The notes under the pieces were generated by a model. That model searched no databases. It was not told where the DNA came from and saw nothing but the letters and a program-made list of their open reading frames with translations. This document shows, one piece after another, positions 1 through 12,554 of a DNA stretch of 64,000 nucleotides. Numbering within the stretch: position 1 is the stretch's first letter; every line of letters begins with the position of its first letter. Location of the stretch: the IMG/VR virus record IMGVR_UViG_3300022602_000024, positions 290,430 to 354,429 of that record. The stretch is one strand, 5' to 3'. Both the position numbers and the translations under genes were made by a program.

Positions 1-85
1 TTGCGATGCCCAAACTCACTGCTTGTGGGCAACGTCGGGCCATTTGATCAAGGTTGGTATTCATACCATATGCAAAATATTTCAT
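1..85 (-). CDS. gamma-glutamylcyclotransferase (GGCT/AIG2-like) family protein, N-terminal part (runs off window)
   Basis: Manual translation gives MKYFAYGMNTNLDQMARRCP, matching the YFAYGSN motif of GGCT-like proteins. Confidence 0.7.
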   Translation of the reverse strand, partial: MKYFAYGMNTNLDQMARRCPQAVSLGIA

Positions 86-91
86 AAGTGT

Positions 92-120
92 ATTATAACA
101 CCTTATGAATTATGTGTCAA
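92..120 (-). promoter_or_regulatory. sigma70-type promoter, probably leaderless transcript
   Basis: TTGACA-17nt-TATAAT (with TG extension), 6 nt before the ATG at 85. Confidence 0.8.
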
Positions 121-1247
121 ATCCAAGTGGGATTGAACATTTGCTGGAAACTTATACCTCTAATTTTGTCTGTTATTTCAACAAATTTTCGAAATTTGGC
201 AAGTTGCCTGGAATCAAACTCGTAACTGTTGATCCATGATTCCAAAGTTGGATTTGGGTTTTCTTTAAGGTACGATTTAAACTTTTCTACATCCTCGGGT
301 GCTGCAGAGTTTACAGTTAAGTAACCTCCTGACCCATATCCTGATTTTGTATATACTTCGTTAAAATGTATTTTGATATTGTTGTCTTTTGCGTACTTGA
401 TCAAATCAGGCAATGTATAGATACTGCTGTGTTGCAAAACGGTTTCGATAGTTAGTTGTATATTTGGATATTTTTTAATTGTGTCAACTGCCTGCACAAT
501 CGTTTCCCATTTACTGCCATAACGAATATAATCATTATGCTTTCCAACGCCTTCTAGGCTAGCAGATATTCCCACTGTTTTAAATCTTGATAATGCAACA
601 AATACTTTTTCAGTAAAACGAGTCATGTTGGTATTGAATGTTACTTTTACATTGGTATCTTCAATGCTGTTTAGAACATCAACTACCTCAGGAATCATCA
701 TTGGTTCTCCGCCAGTCATATGAATGCTTTTTACACGTTGAACCATACTATACAGTTTATCAAGTGCACCGGGTTCTTCCCACCAACGTATTGTTTTTAC
801 ATTGTGCACTTTAAAATCGTTACTAGAAAATAGTTCGATGTTTCTTACATATTCCTCGCTTAAACTACTGCTAGCATAAGGACCACACATCAAGCATTTT
901 AAATTACAATAATTTCCAAACCGAATTTCGATTTGCTGAATTTCAGGAGTATAATTATCTTGCTTAATCGGATAACACTTATTATGATGCAATCTCAAAT
1001 GAAACTGTCCAGGAATAGATTCTTTATTTTTACAATACGTACACCCATCGTCGTGTTGATTGTTTAACATTTTTTGCCGCAGCAGTTCATTCTCAACTGT
1101 CCACCATGTATCAAAATTTGAGAAATTATTTTCGCTTTTGTAAGTGGGAGCAGGATACTTGTATTCACAACAAGGCAACATCGATCCGTCTGTATCGATT
1201 ACCATGGCCCTAAAAGGAGCAGAACAAAAAGAGTTTGAATTGGGCAT
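117..1247 (-). CDS. radical SAM protein with N-terminal SPASM/twitch-like Cys cluster
   Basis: CNLKCLMC motif, TGGEP, N-terminal C..P....PCC...CxxC. Confidence 0.85.
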   Translation of the reverse strand: MPNSNSFCSAPFRAMVIDTDGSMLPCCEYKYPAPTYKSENNFSNFDTWWTVENELLRQKMLNNQHDDGCTYCKNKESIPGQFHLRLHHNKCYPIKQDNYTPEIQQIEIRFGNYCNLKCLMCGPYASSSLSEEYVRNIELFSSNDFKVHNVKTIRWWEEPGALDKLYSMVQRVKSIHMTGGEPMMIPEVVDVLNSIEDTNVKVTFNTNMTRFTEKVFVALSRFKTVGISASLEGVGKHNDYIRYGSKWETIVQAVDTIKKYPNIQLTIETVLQHSSIYTLPDLIKYAKDNNIKIHFNEVYTKSGYGSGGYLTVNSAAPEDVEKFKSYLKENPNPTLESWINSYEFDSRQLAKFRKFVEITDKIRGISFQQMFNPTWI

Positions 1248-1254
1248 AATAGAA

Positions 1255-1273
1255 ACCCGCCACTAGGGCGGGT
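1255..1273 (-). terminator. probable intrinsic terminator after groEL
   Basis: ACCCGCC-CTAGT-GGCGGGT hairpin with a short U tract. Confidence 0.5.
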
Positions 1274-1296
1274 CGGTTAGTGTAATATTATTTATA

Positions 1297-3214
<1,918 letters not shown>

Positions 3215-3240
3215 AATAATCTCCTTTTATGATTTAATGT

Positions 3241-3270
3241 ATTATATAATAGAAAATGCCAGCATGTCAA
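3241..3270 (-). promoter_or_regulatory. sigma70-type promoter for groES-groEL
   Basis: TTGACA-18nt-TATAAT upstream of an AAGGAG RBS. Confidence 0.65.
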
Positions 3271-3296
3271 CATCACTGGCAAAAATTATTTATCTT

Positions 3297-4070
3297 TTAG
3301 AAATAGGTACAATTTTTCCTGGGAAAGAAACATTCGTTGTTCTGCAATGGTTTGATTTTCATTGTTTCTAACATGCTTTCTTTGCCCAAGCCCATAGCTA
3401 AACTATAAACAAAGTTTTGATTGGCCATAACCATATCTGCTCCTGCAACTATGTTGGCCAGTTCCAAAAAGTCTTGAACTGGATGGTATGGGATTGGAAC
3501 TCCAGTTACTTTGACAAAATCCCTATGTTCTTCTTTGGTACCCAGAAAAACTCCGTTAACATCCAGCATACCCTGGTCGGCCATGTACTCCCAGTATGTA
3601 TCAGATTCGGGATCTCTATAGCGGAAAGTACGGCTAACCACAATAGGTTTGATCCTAACAGGATCTGCTTCCAACCAAGGTGTATCATAATCCTGCATTA
3701 GGAATGGCAAGCCAAATGTTCTGTGGTATGCTTCCACATAGTTGCCTTCAAAGCCACGGAACAGTACCCCACGGAAACGATCCAGGTCTACATCAGGTTC
3801 GGGCGTGCCTTGTGTCCATGTGCCAGCATCGGCAATGTAACTTTGGCGGTTGAGTAAGGGCCGTAGCCATTCATAATCTTGGTAAGTAAATCTTCCCCGG
3901 TGTGCAGGATCAACTTCTTCGGGTCTGTATCCATATTGTGCAACACAATGTTCGATATTGTTTAGGGCCACAAGGAACATGGCATTGTTCTCTACTGCCA
4001 TTTTCTTTACCGCACTTAGGCTATAAATCAAATCGCCTAGTGTTCCTGAATGTCTATATGTCGTCATCAA
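3297..4070 (-). CDS. putative GT9-like (GT-B) glycosyltransferase
   Basis: N-terminal GTLGDLIYSL and C-terminal 'LELANIVAGAD..ANQ' resemble the GT9 pattern; glycan-locus context. Confidence 0.55.
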   Translation of the reverse strand: MMTTYRHSGTLGDLIYSLSAVKKMAVENNAMFLVALNNIEHCVAQYGYRPEEVDPAHRGRFTYQDYEWLRPLLNRQSYIADAGTWTQGTPEPDVDLDRFRGVLFRGFEGNYVEAYHRTFGLPFLMQDYDTPWLEADPVRIKPIVVSRTFRYRDPESDTYWEYMADQGMLDVNGVFLGTKEEHRDFVKVTGVPIPYHPVQDFLELANIVAGADMVMANQNFVYSLAMGLGKESMLETMKIKPLQNNECFFPRKNCTYF

Positions 4071-4252
4071 TATCTACTGCCTTCTTGTCCTGGTTCATTG
4101 CTGTGTGAGCACTCTAATTCGTGATTGGTTGCTCGGGGGCAACGTTTATTGCCGCAATCCGGGCATACTATAAACGTGTAACTGGTTACTGGAATTCCGT
4201 TTTCGTCCTCAATTTGACTCAAGCACCGATAACACCAACACTTGTATTTCAT
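4067..4252 (-). CDS. small Cys-rich (Zn-finger-like) phage protein
   Basis: CWCYRC and CPDCGNKRCP motifs; ATGA-coupled to both neighbours. Confidence 0.65.
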   Translation of the reverse strand: MKYKCWCYRCLSQIEDENGIPVTSYTFIVCPDCGNKRCPRATNHELECSHSNEPGQEGSRY

Positions 4253-5139
4253 AGCGTCTCCAGTATTGCACCAGCAATGGCAGCAGTATCAAAATTGTTG
4301 TTGCAAGGAGTGTTTCCTTTTTTGCAAATCAATCTACTAACTGGACGTTGCTGAATGTCATTACATCCTGCACAATCTTCTAAAGTCTGTATAGCCACTG
4401 CGTTTTTACCATCTTCCCAATTTCGGATTGGCACAATGACTTCAGGACGTAGATGTGTTAGTAATGCAATGATATGTGTATCACTTGCAGCCGCACACCA
4501 ATAAGGACCCGAATCAACCCCAGCAAATGCTCGTGCACCATCACACAGCACTTTTATCTGTTGGTTATTAAACCGGGCTCTTGCGTCAACAAACAAAGGA
4601 TGATCAACAAAATGATCAGTCGAGCCACCAACACATACAACCTTAAAGTCGGCTTTTTGTTTAAATACTTGAGCATATACATCTAACCACACATCCATAG
4701 TAATATTCTTAGCAGTCCAATGCCAATTACGCATATGAACCACAATGTATTGATCTAACTCATTTTGTCGTTGAAACTCAGCAACTGCAGCTTGATCTTC
4801 ATTAGATGGGAATAATTCTACTCCGTGATTTAGCGAATTAACACCAAACGCACGATACATATAATTCTTTTGATAATGTTGCGTAGGATTAAGTTCGTAT
4901 GCATTATCCAAGTTGATGTATATGTCCCAACCTGCTACATTGGGAATTTGATCCACTGGGAAAATGTTTCTAATATGCGGGTTGTTGCGATATACTTCAG
5001 CAAAGTCTGTAGCCACGTCAATATTTGCGTTGGATCCATATTTTAGTTTTAATTCTCTTACTACTGCGGTGCTCATGATAACATCGCCAATGGCCGCACG
5101 ACGTTGCACTAATATGTTAATTGGTTGTTCTAATTTCAT
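4249..5139 (-). CDS. glycosyltransferase family 9 (heptosyltransferase-like)
   Basis: RRAAIGDVIM and GVDSGP motifs; C-terminal Cys cluster. Confidence 0.85.
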   Translation of the reverse strand: MKLEQPINILVQRRAAIGDVIMSTAVVRELKLKYGSNANIDVATDFAEVYRNNPHIRNIFPVDQIPNVAGWDIYINLDNAYELNPTQHYQKNYMYRAFGVNSLNHGVELFPSNEDQAAVAEFQRQNELDQYIVVHMRNWHWTAKNITMDVWLDVYAQVFKQKADFKVVCVGGSTDHFVDHPLFVDARARFNNQQIKVLCDGARAFAGVDSGPYWCAAASDTHIIALLTHLRPEVIVPIRNWEDGKNAVAIQTLEDCAGCNDIQQRPVSRLICKKGNTPCNNNFDTAAIAGAILETL

Positions 5140-6347
5140 TCTGCTTGTAATTTTGGAAAATAGCGTAAAAATCGATCGTTGGCGTTATCTCTACGGGCTT
5201 TGATCTTGGATCTAATTTCTTTGTAGAAGTTCCATGCCAGGGGAATGAACAACACCGACTCATCTGTGCCAATGCTGTCTAAATAGTCAATGCCTACTAC
5301 AGGAATATCAGTGCCAGGACAATATAATCCTTGCTTTAAAGGATTATCATCAACAACACAATCCATTTCAATTTTGGCGGCATTGATCAATGTCATTCCT
5401 TTGGCGGCTGCTCCATATCCAACAACACGATATCCTTGCGCTCTACTACTGTCAATACTGTTTTTCAAGTCTGACAATAGTGCAGTAACTCCAGTGGCCC
5501 AATCCGTATATGTACTGGGTTGATGTAGTTTGGCTTCCATTGCTAGTATGTTTTGCATATGGAAACGATTCTCTGGTTTCTTAGCCAACACAAAGATATA
5601 ACTTGTGCCATGTATAGGAGTCTTGACCACATCAACCAAGTACAGGCCAGCACGTTCAGCCAATCTACGCATCGATTCTGCATTGTAAAAACTGATGTGC
5701 TCGTGATAGATGGTGTCAAACTCACCATTAACAACCATGTCTGCTTGGCTTGTGCTGATAAAGATCTTGCCATCATGTCGCAATACACCGGCAGCAATTT
5801 GCAAGTATGTTAAAGGATCGGGAATGTGTGCAAAGGCATTTTGACTTGTTATAATATCAAATTCACGTCCCAGTTGGTCAGCACAGGCTTGATTCCAGAA
5901 TCCTTGTACCACTTGATGTCTTTTGGCACTACTAACAGGATACAAGTTCTCTGCAGGATCTACTCCGTATGTATCCATACTCAACCGTCGAAATGCATCA
6001 AGTTGACTGCCGTCATTGCACCCAATATCTAACACTGACATAGGACTATGATAAAAATGTTCACGTACAAACCTAGCATACCAATCCATATACTCAGTAT
6101 AGGTCCGACTTGTTCCGCTAACATACAGATAATGTGTATAGATTAATTCAGGATCAACTGCATGTGTAAGTTGTAAGTGATCGCAATCTTCACATCGGTT
6201 AACTGCTAATGGATAACGATCTTCGTGTTCTTGACTGGCAGCGTTGCGAAAATTATTGGCCAGGGGCTGATCATTGAGATCTAAGGTCGGCACCAGATCA
6301 TTGCCACCACAGGCAATGCATTTAAGAATAGATGTACAATGTTCCAT
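5136..6347 (-). CDS. NDP-hexose C-methyltransferase
   Basis: N-terminal Zn site (CIACG...CEDC), DIGCNDG, IYHEH, HG.S, GYGAAAKG. Confidence 0.9.
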   Translation of the reverse strand: MEHCTSILKCIACGGNDLVPTLDLNDQPLANNFRNAASQEHEDRYPLAVNRCEDCDHLQLTHAVDPELIYTHYLYVSGTSRTYTEYMDWYARFVREHFYHSPMSVLDIGCNDGSQLDAFRRLSMDTYGVDPAENLYPVSSAKRHQVVQGFWNQACADQLGREFDIITSQNAFAHIPDPLTYLQIAAGVLRHDGKIFISTSQADMVVNGEFDTIYHEHISFYNAESMRRLAERAGLYLVDVVKTPIHGTSYIFVLAKKPENRFHMQNILAMEAKLHQPSTYTDWATGVTALLSDLKNSIDSSRAQGYRVVGYGAAAKGMTLINAAKIEMDCVVDDNPLKQGLYCPGTDIPVVGIDYLDSIGTDESVLFIPLAWNFYKEIRSKIKARRDNANDRFLRYFPKLQAE

Positions 6348-7072
6348 TAGTTTTTGATAGGTGATCCGTTGGGTGCAATTTGACCTTCTACGCCAAGATT
6401 GGCAATTTCTTGCACATGTTCTGCGGGCAGGAACTTGGCCAACACGTGTTCAATATCAATGTATCCGCCGGCATTGACACGTTCAGCAAAGAACATGAAA
6501 CTGTCGCGATACACTTGAATAACTTCGTCAGTCATTGAGTTAGGCCAAGACCATAGTCTAGCCATGTACTGCCAAGGTTGTGTGGTTACTTCCACTGGGA
6601 ATTGGCTTTTGAACTTGGGACCAATGATGATCTTGTCTGTGTTGGCAGAGTCTTCGTACATTGCTGGATCAAACATGTCATTGAGCACATAGCGCCCTGA
6701 CATCTTATGCACACGATCAATGCCCTCAAACTTGCCAGAATTATTCAATGCTTCTAGTGCATTACCAAAGCACATGATCTCTGTGCCGTTTTTGACTACA
6801 TCCCAGTTGTCTGAGTCATACATGGCCTGCACGTTGGGATCTTTACTGTAGTCAATGAATCCATTGCTGGCTGCAATCAAATGATTGGCCTGTTGATCTG
6901 TAATGGGTGTTCCGCAACATTCCATAACAAAGATTTTAGCAGTGGGTATCCGGCTACGAATACTGGTAATAGTATCTAGTGTTTGGTTAAGCCGTTGTGC
7001 GGCACTAAAAACACCAAACTTGCTGTTGATTGCACTTGTGACAACAAATGCGTGATTTACTTGGTTAGCCAA
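6347..7072 (-). CDS. hypothetical protein, possibly glycosyltransferase-like
   Basis: FVVTSAI...KMSGRY pattern; coupled within the glycan operon. Confidence 0.55.
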   Translation of the reverse strand: MANQVNHAFVVTSAINSKFGVFSAAQRLNQTLDTITSIRSRIPTAKIFVMECCGTPITDQQANHLIAASNGFIDYSKDPNVQAMYDSDNWDVVKNGTEIMCFGNALEALNNSGKFEGIDRVHKMSGRYVLNDMFDPAMYEDSANTDKIIIGPKFKSQFPVEVTTQPWQYMARLWSWPNSMTDEVIQVYRDSFMFFAERVNAGGYIDIEHVLAKFLPAEHVQEIANLGVEGQIAPNGSPIKN

Positions 7073-8097
7073 CGTTTATTCTCCAATGTCCATTGTACCA
7101 TTCCGGCAATACGCTCACTCAATTTGATCTTAGGTTCCCATCCCAACTGCTTTAGCAAGCCACCATCTAAGGCATAACGCAAGTCATGTCCGGGACGGCT
7201 ACCATGGAAGTCCACCATTTCATAAACAAGTTCTTTACCTACACCAGCAGCAATCATTTGTGCCAAGGTCAAGTTATCAATTTCTTCTGTACCCACTAAG
7301 TTAAACTTGGGGCAATGTGCCCATCCGTAATCACCTGTGTGTTTGTAGTTTTGTGGCAATGTTTGTAATATAAACATCAGTCCTTCTGCTACATCTCGAG
7401 CATGAATATACATACGTGTGCCAGCTGCAGTCTTGGTAGGATCAGCGTGGATGAAAATCTTTTCTCCGTCACGTACACGTTGGATACACATGGGAATAAA
7501 CTTCTCTGGATGCTGACGCTCCCCAAATACGTTCATGGTATGTGTTACAACAATGGGCATCTTGTAAGTGTTTTCGTAAGCAACGCAGAATTCTTCTGCG
7601 GCTGCTTTACTTGCACTGTAGGGATTGGTACTGTTATAACGATCATACTCTTTATAACTTACTCCCGGAGGTGCAACACCAAAGATCTCGTCTGTGCTAA
7701 AGTACACAAAACGCTCTAGGTCGGGCAAGTTTTTACGTGCATAGTCCAACATATTGACTGTGCCCACTGTGTTGTCTAACACAAACTCCATGGGGTATGT
7801 AATACTACGATCCACGTGGCTACTGGCAGCCAAGTGCAACACAATATCAATCGGACCAATGTCGGCTACAATTTGACTGTTTAGTTCTGCTTTGATATCG
7901 TGAAAGATAATGCGTAAACGTTCACTGACCAATTTGGGATCGTGATCTTTCAACATGTCGTGCAGTCTGTTTAGATTACCGCTGATGTCCAAACGGTCTA
8001 GTGTGACCACATTCCAATCAGTATCTCGTAAAATTTTATCTATAACGTGGTGGGCAATGAATCCCGCACCACCGGTGATTAATACGTTCTTTGACAT
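7057..8097 (-). CDS. rmlB: dTDP-glucose 4,6-dehydratase (RmlB-like); start revised to MSKNV
   Basis: TGGAGFIA, HLAASSHVDRS, STDE, YSASK, RPGHDLRY. Confidence 0.9.
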   Translation of the reverse strand: MSKNVLITGGAGFIAHHVIDKILRDTDWNVVTLDRLDISGNLNRLHDMLKDHDPKLVSERLRIIFHDIKAELNSQIVADIGPIDIVLHLAASSHVDRSITYPMEFVLDNTVGTVNMLDYARKNLPDLERFVYFSTDEIFGVAPPGVSYKEYDRYNSTNPYSASKAAAEEFCVAYENTYKMPIVVTHTMNVFGERQHPEKFIPMCIQRVRDGEKIFIHADPTKTAAGTRMYIHARDVAEGLMFILQTLPQNYKHTGDYGWAHCPKFNLVGTEEIDNLTLAQMIAAGVGKELVYEMVDFHGSRPGHDLRYALDGGLLKQLGWEPKIKLSERIAGMVQWTLENKRWLTK

Positions 8098-8113
8098 AGT
8101 GTTCCTGTTTGAA

Positions 8114-8989
8114 TTAGCTAGTATACGGATATTTTGGCAACAAGTCAACGGCTTTGGCTTCCGGATTGCTCAAAATAAATTCGGCATACTTTTCTTGATT
8201 GTCTACAATGGTTTTAGGGAAGTACGAGTCCAATTCCACAATGCTATAACGATCGTTGGGATTGCCACGATTCCATTCTTTGCGTTCGGCAATCGACTTT
8301 TCTACATCAATCTGCTCAATAAACTCGGGACGATTAACTTCAGCATGTGCAAAGTTCTTGGCCTTGTTACGCAACCATTCGTTGTTGCCCATATAACCAA
8401 AGTGCCAACCACCATGCTCAATCACTTCACATCCATCGTTCTTGAACTGATAAGGCGCTGACATGAATTGGAAACGTATGCGTCTGAATTCTGTAGGGGT
8501 AATGTCTTTCAATAACGCCCGACGCCCGGCCATGGCCCAAATGTCATATTCGCCTGGAGTGGCTCTCATGTAATTGAACTTGAAGTTGTGCAGGCTCATA
8601 CGTAGTGCAAATAGGCTTTGATCGCTAGCAACCATGTACTGTAGTGCAGCCGGACGAATGATTTCATCCAAGTCACTGATCAAGATCAAATCATCTAGGG
8701 CAGCATCAGCAATGCCTTGGCGAATTTGATCTCTGTGGTGTGCTTCGTTAACCCAGGAATCTGGATCATTGGGCATGTCATCAACTTGGATATGGATAAT
8801 CTTATCTGCCCACTGTGCGTAGCGGGCCTTATTATCTTCGTAGTAGTAAGGCTTTGGATTACCTTGATGTGTCATATTGGCTTCAACCAAAACAAAGTGG
8901 TCGACAAAATCATATAATTCTGTTAATCTTAGTTCAAGTAGATCCAACTCATTGTAGAAGGGGAAACAATCGTAGATTTTTATTTTCAT
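8114..8989 (-). CDS. glycosyltransferase family 17
   Basis: YDCFPFYNELDLLELR, SDLDEI, GWHF motifs. Confidence 0.9.
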   Translation of the reverse strand: MKIKIYDCFPFYNELDLLELRLTELYDFVDHFVLVEANMTHQGNPKPYYYEDNKARYAQWADKIIHIQVDDMPNDPDSWVNEAHHRDQIRQGIADAALDDLILISDLDEIIRPAALQYMVASDQSLFALRMSLHNFKFNYMRATPGEYDIWAMAGRRALLKDITPTEFRRIRFQFMSAPYQFKNDGCEVIEHGGWHFGYMGNNEWLRNKAKNFAHAEVNRPEFIEQIDVEKSIAERKEWNRGNPNDRYSIVELDSYFPKTIVDNQEKYAEFILSNPEAKAVDLLPKYPYTS

Positions 8990-9044
8990 AGTGATATTTA
9001 TTTGCTAATAAATACTGTACATTAATTTTCAAAGGCGGTCAACC

Positions 9045-9728
9045 ATGTATGCTGTTGTAAGCATGTGCACTTCAAACCTAGATGACCTGGGTAACTTAAC
9101 AAACAAATACAAACTCGAATACTGTGAACGCCATGGTTATGAGTTCTTCAATATCGGCGACGAAGAAATTGGCCCAGTAGACGGCCCATGGAGTTTTTCA
9201 ATGGACTGGCATAAACCACGTTATGTCAGCAACCTATTTGCTCAACGCCCAGATATTGAATGGGCACTAGTAACCGAAGCCGACGCCACCATTACCAACT
9301 TGACCATTCCCATGAGTGATCGGGTAGACAATGACTTCCATGTGGTTGTTCCAGTGGATAGACTCAACATCAATTCCGGCAACATGTTGGTACGCAATAG
9401 CCCAGAAGGTCGTGCTTACTTGCAAGCCATGTTGGCAGACGGAGACAAGTACCTTACAAATACCACCAACAATCCCATATTTGGATTGCAGTTATGGATG
9501 GTAGATACCATTGATCAACATGGTGATATCACAAAGATTGTACCACAAAAGCACATGAACAGTTACGAACTGGAAATTTACGACTATTGCGATGTCAGCA
9601 CCGACATCATGGGCAATAGCGGAGTATGGACCCGGGGCGACTGGATTGTGCACTGGCCTGGTATCAGACATGAAGTTAGACTTCAACGTGCTGCATCATT
9701 AGAAACAGAAGGAAGGATAACAAGATAA
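9045..9728 (+). CDS. glycosyltransferase family 34-like
   Basis: YCERHGY, W.K, EADA, NSG..L.RN, GDWIVHWPG. Confidence 0.8.
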   Translation: MYAVVSMCTSNLDDLGNLTNKYKLEYCERHGYEFFNIGDEEIGPVDGPWSFSMDWHKPRYVSNLFAQRPDIEWALVTEADATITNLTIPMSDRVDNDFHVVVPVDRLNINSGNMLVRNSPEGRAYLQAMLADGDKYLTNTTNNPIFGLQLWMVDTIDQHGDITKIVPQKHMNSYELEIYDYCDVSTDIMGNSGVWTRGDWIVHWPGIRHEVRLQRAASLETEGRITR

Positions 9729-10279
9729 TGGCTATACCATTTGGAGAAGATGACACAATCAAAATAGATCGGTGTCATGCTGATTTATTAAGAGGCTTGA
9801 TAGTTGCTGGAAAACCCCGGACTGTATTGGAATTGGGCATCGGCGGTGGACAAGCAACGGATGCAATGCTAGACGGATTAGCGTATAATCAACAAGCATA
9901 CGAATACACACTGGTTGATAACTGGCTAGACTTCAACAGTACAATGCCTGCCCGAGTTGGCGAGTTATACAGCAGTAGAGTCAACATTGTTACATCCGGT
10001 GAAAAAGAATTTGTGTTCAGCACCAACAAGAAGTTTGATTTGATAATGAGTGATGCAGATCACCACCATACACAAGAATGGTTTGAGTATGTATACGAGA
10101 ATCTGCTGAATGATGATGGTATACTTTGTTATCATGATGTTATGTTAACTTCACAGTTTCCAAATTTAATGGAAATATATAACAAGTGCAAAGAACTTAA
10201 CCTAAGATACAAACTGTTTGACAAAGATAGTTTATCAACCGAAATGTGCTTTCGTGGCTTTTTAGTAATTTTTAAATAA
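9728..10279 (+). CDS. class I SAM-dependent methyltransferase (Methyltransf_24-like)
   Basis: VLELGIGGG, FDLIMSDADH, GILCYHD. Confidence 0.8.
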   Translation: MAIPFGEDDTIKIDRCHADLLRGLIVAGKPRTVLELGIGGGQATDAMLDGLAYNQQAYEYTLVDNWLDFNSTMPARVGELYSSRVNIVTSGEKEFVFSTNKKFDLIMSDADHHHTQEWFEYVYENLLNDDGILCYHDVMLTSQFPNLMEIYNKCKELNLRYKLFDKDSLSTEMCFRGFLVIFK

Positions 10280-10286
10280 GGCAGCA

Positions 10287-10937
10287 ATGACAAGTATTCA
10301 AGAAACATTTACTGACATATATGTTAATCGACGTTGGGATGAGCCCAACAAACCCAACGAATCGGCCAGTGGCAACGGATCAACACTGGACTTCACTAGA
10401 AATTTACGTAAAGAACTGCCAAAGTTGTTTGACATGTTTGCTATACAATCAGTATTTGACGCACCGTGTGGTGATTTAAATTGGATGAGTCAAGTGTTAT
10501 CAGAGTGCCCAGACATTGACTATATCGGCGGAGACATTGTTGCGCCGTTGATCGATCAACTCACTGAACAGTATGCCGAATATGCCAACATGGATTTTGT
10601 TAACATCAATATTATCAATGACGAGCTACCTGCTGCAGATTTAATGATCTGCAGAGACTGTTTGTTCCATCTAAGCGAAGCAGATGTCAAAACATTCTTT
10701 AGAAACTTTGTCTCTTCCGATATTGCGGCTTTGTTAGTTACATCCGATATACTGCCAGAACCCAACAGAGACATTGAGACTGGCGACTATCGTCACCTGA
10801 ATCTATTCACTGCACCTTACAACTTTACCGCCGATTACATATACGAAATCAGCGATTGGCCTTATCCTACTCCCGCTACTAGAAAAATGTTTATGTGGAG
10901 TAGAGAACAAATTGAAGAAATAGTGAGCAAATTTTAA
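10287..10937 (+). CDS. class I SAM-dependent methyltransferase
   Basis: SGNGS, DAPCGD.NW, ADLMICRDCLFHL. Confidence 0.8.
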   Translation: MTSIQETFTDIYVNRRWDEPNKPNESASGNGSTLDFTRNLRKELPKLFDMFAIQSVFDAPCGDLNWMSQVLSECPDIDYIGGDIVAPLIDQLTEQYAEYANMDFVNINIINDELPAADLMICRDCLFHLSEADVKTFFRNFVSSDIAALLVTSDILPEPNRDIETGDYRHLNLFTAPYNFTADYIYEISDWPYPTPATRKMFMWSREQIEEIVSKF

Positions 10938-10938
10938 T

Positions 10939-11880
10939 ATGAATATTTTTATTACTGGCATGGCAGGTATGATCGGGTTTCATACTGCCAAACATTTAAC
11001 TGCATTGGGACACACAGTAACAGGCGTAGACAACTTCAATGACTATTACGAAGTCAGTTTAAAAAGAGAACGTGCACGTATCCTGCAAGACGAGCATGGA
11101 GTCGCTGTAACAGAAGCAGATATCATTACACTAGATTACGACTCTGCATTGTCAGGTGTAGATGTAATTTTACATTTATCTGCTTATGCCAACCCACGTC
11201 ACAGTTTGGAATATCCGCAACTGTACATTGACAACAACATTACTGGCACACAAAGATTGATTGAAGGTGCAGAGCGCATGGGTATACACAATGTGGTATA
11301 TGCATCTAGTAGTTGTGTGATGCATGGACAAGAATTGCCTTGGAAGGAATCCGACAATCCTGGACATCAAAACAATCCATATGGATGGACCAAACGCAGT
11401 AATGAATGTCAATTCATATACAGTAAGATCAAAAACACAATGGGTTTAAGATTCTTTACAGTATATGGACCTTATGGTCGTCCAGACATGGCCTTGTTTA
11501 ACTTTACTAAAAACATTTTAAACAATGAACCAATCGATTTGTTTAATTACGGAGATATGAAGCGAGACTTTACCTTTGTAGACGATATTGTCCAGGGTAT
11601 TACCTTGGTTATAGACAACTGTGTCAAGCAAGACCATGTGCACGAAATCTACAACATTGGTTATGGTCAACAAGTCAATTTGATGGATTTTGTTAGCGAG
11701 ATTGAACGTTGCTTGGAGCGGAAGGCAGTGACCAACTTGTTGCCCAAGCACCCAGCAGATGTACCAGCTACTTGGGCCGATACAACTAAGATTCAGGGTT
11801 TGGGTTATCGGGCAACTACCAGTATTACTGACGGTGTTAGCAAATTCATTGACTGGTATCGCAGTTATTACCGGATTTAA
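10939..11880 (+). CDS. NAD-dependent epimerase (UDP-glucuronate 4-epimerase-like)
   Basis: TGMAGMIG, YASSS, YGWTK, RFFTVYGPYGRPDMA. Confidence 0.92.
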   Translation: MNIFITGMAGMIGFHTAKHLTALGHTVTGVDNFNDYYEVSLKRERARILQDEHGVAVTEADIITLDYDSALSGVDVILHLSAYANPRHSLEYPQLYIDNNITGTQRLIEGAERMGIHNVVYASSSCVMHGQELPWKESDNPGHQNNPYGWTKRSNECQFIYSKIKNTMGLRFFTVYGPYGRPDMALFNFTKNILNNEPIDLFNYGDMKRDFTFVDDIVQGITLVIDNCVKQDHVHEIYNIGYGQQVNLMDFVSEIERCLERKAVTNLLPKHPADVPATWADTTKIQGLGYRATTSITDGVSKFIDWYRSYYRI

Positions 11881-12554
11881 TAATTAATATAACGGCTATT
11901 ATGGTTAACGCCATATAGTCGTTCTTTAGTTGCGATATTGATAAACATAATATCAACTTGAACCAACACATGATCCCCGGTATGGATTTCTAATAAATCG
12001 CTGGGGATAAATCGTTGACTGGCCATGTATTCCAAATACTCTTGTATATTTGGTGCACCTATATTGTATTTGCCTATAGGGCATTCTAGGTAAACTAAAT
12101 CCACTGCAGGCAGTATTGTTTCTGCTCCACGTAAGATATCCAACTCAGATCCCTGTGTGTCTATCTTTATAAAGTTAGGTGCAGGCATTTCGCACTCGTT
12201 AACAATAGACTCTAGAGTTCTTGCTGGAACTGTTATTGGCGTTTTACCGTCATAGATTGGTGTATTTTCTTTGTAGTAACTGTCGCCAGTGCCGCCGTAG
12301 CCGTCAGTGGTATAATACTCAACTGAGTCTCTGCCAGGGTTACTTAATATTCCGATATAGTAAGGCAAGTTAGTTCTTTGTAGTGCAGGTTCGTGTGCAA
12401 CATTGCCCTCAAACAAGTAGAAGTAACTGTTTCTTAACACGCCTGCTTTCATTGGCACGGCCCAATTGCCTTGATTGGCTCCTATGTCAAATACTGTTTC
12501 TATGCGTAACCCGTCTTGCTGAATTTGTTTGAGATAATTTTCTAATGTGTTCAC
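11877..12554 (-). CDS. FkbM family methyltransferase
   Basis: FDIGANQG, IKIDTQGSELDILRG. Confidence 0.9.
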   Translation of the reverse strand: MNTLENYLKQIQQDGLRIETVFDIGANQGNWAVPMKAGVLRNSYFYLFEGNVAHEPALQRTNLPYYIGILSNPGRDSVEYYTTDGYGGTGDSYYKENTPIYDGKTPITVPARTLESIVNECEMPAPNFIKIDTQGSELDILRGAETILPAVDLVYLECPIGKYNIGAPNIQEYLEYMASQRFIPSDLLEIHTGDHVLVQVDIMFINIATKERLYGVNHNSRYINY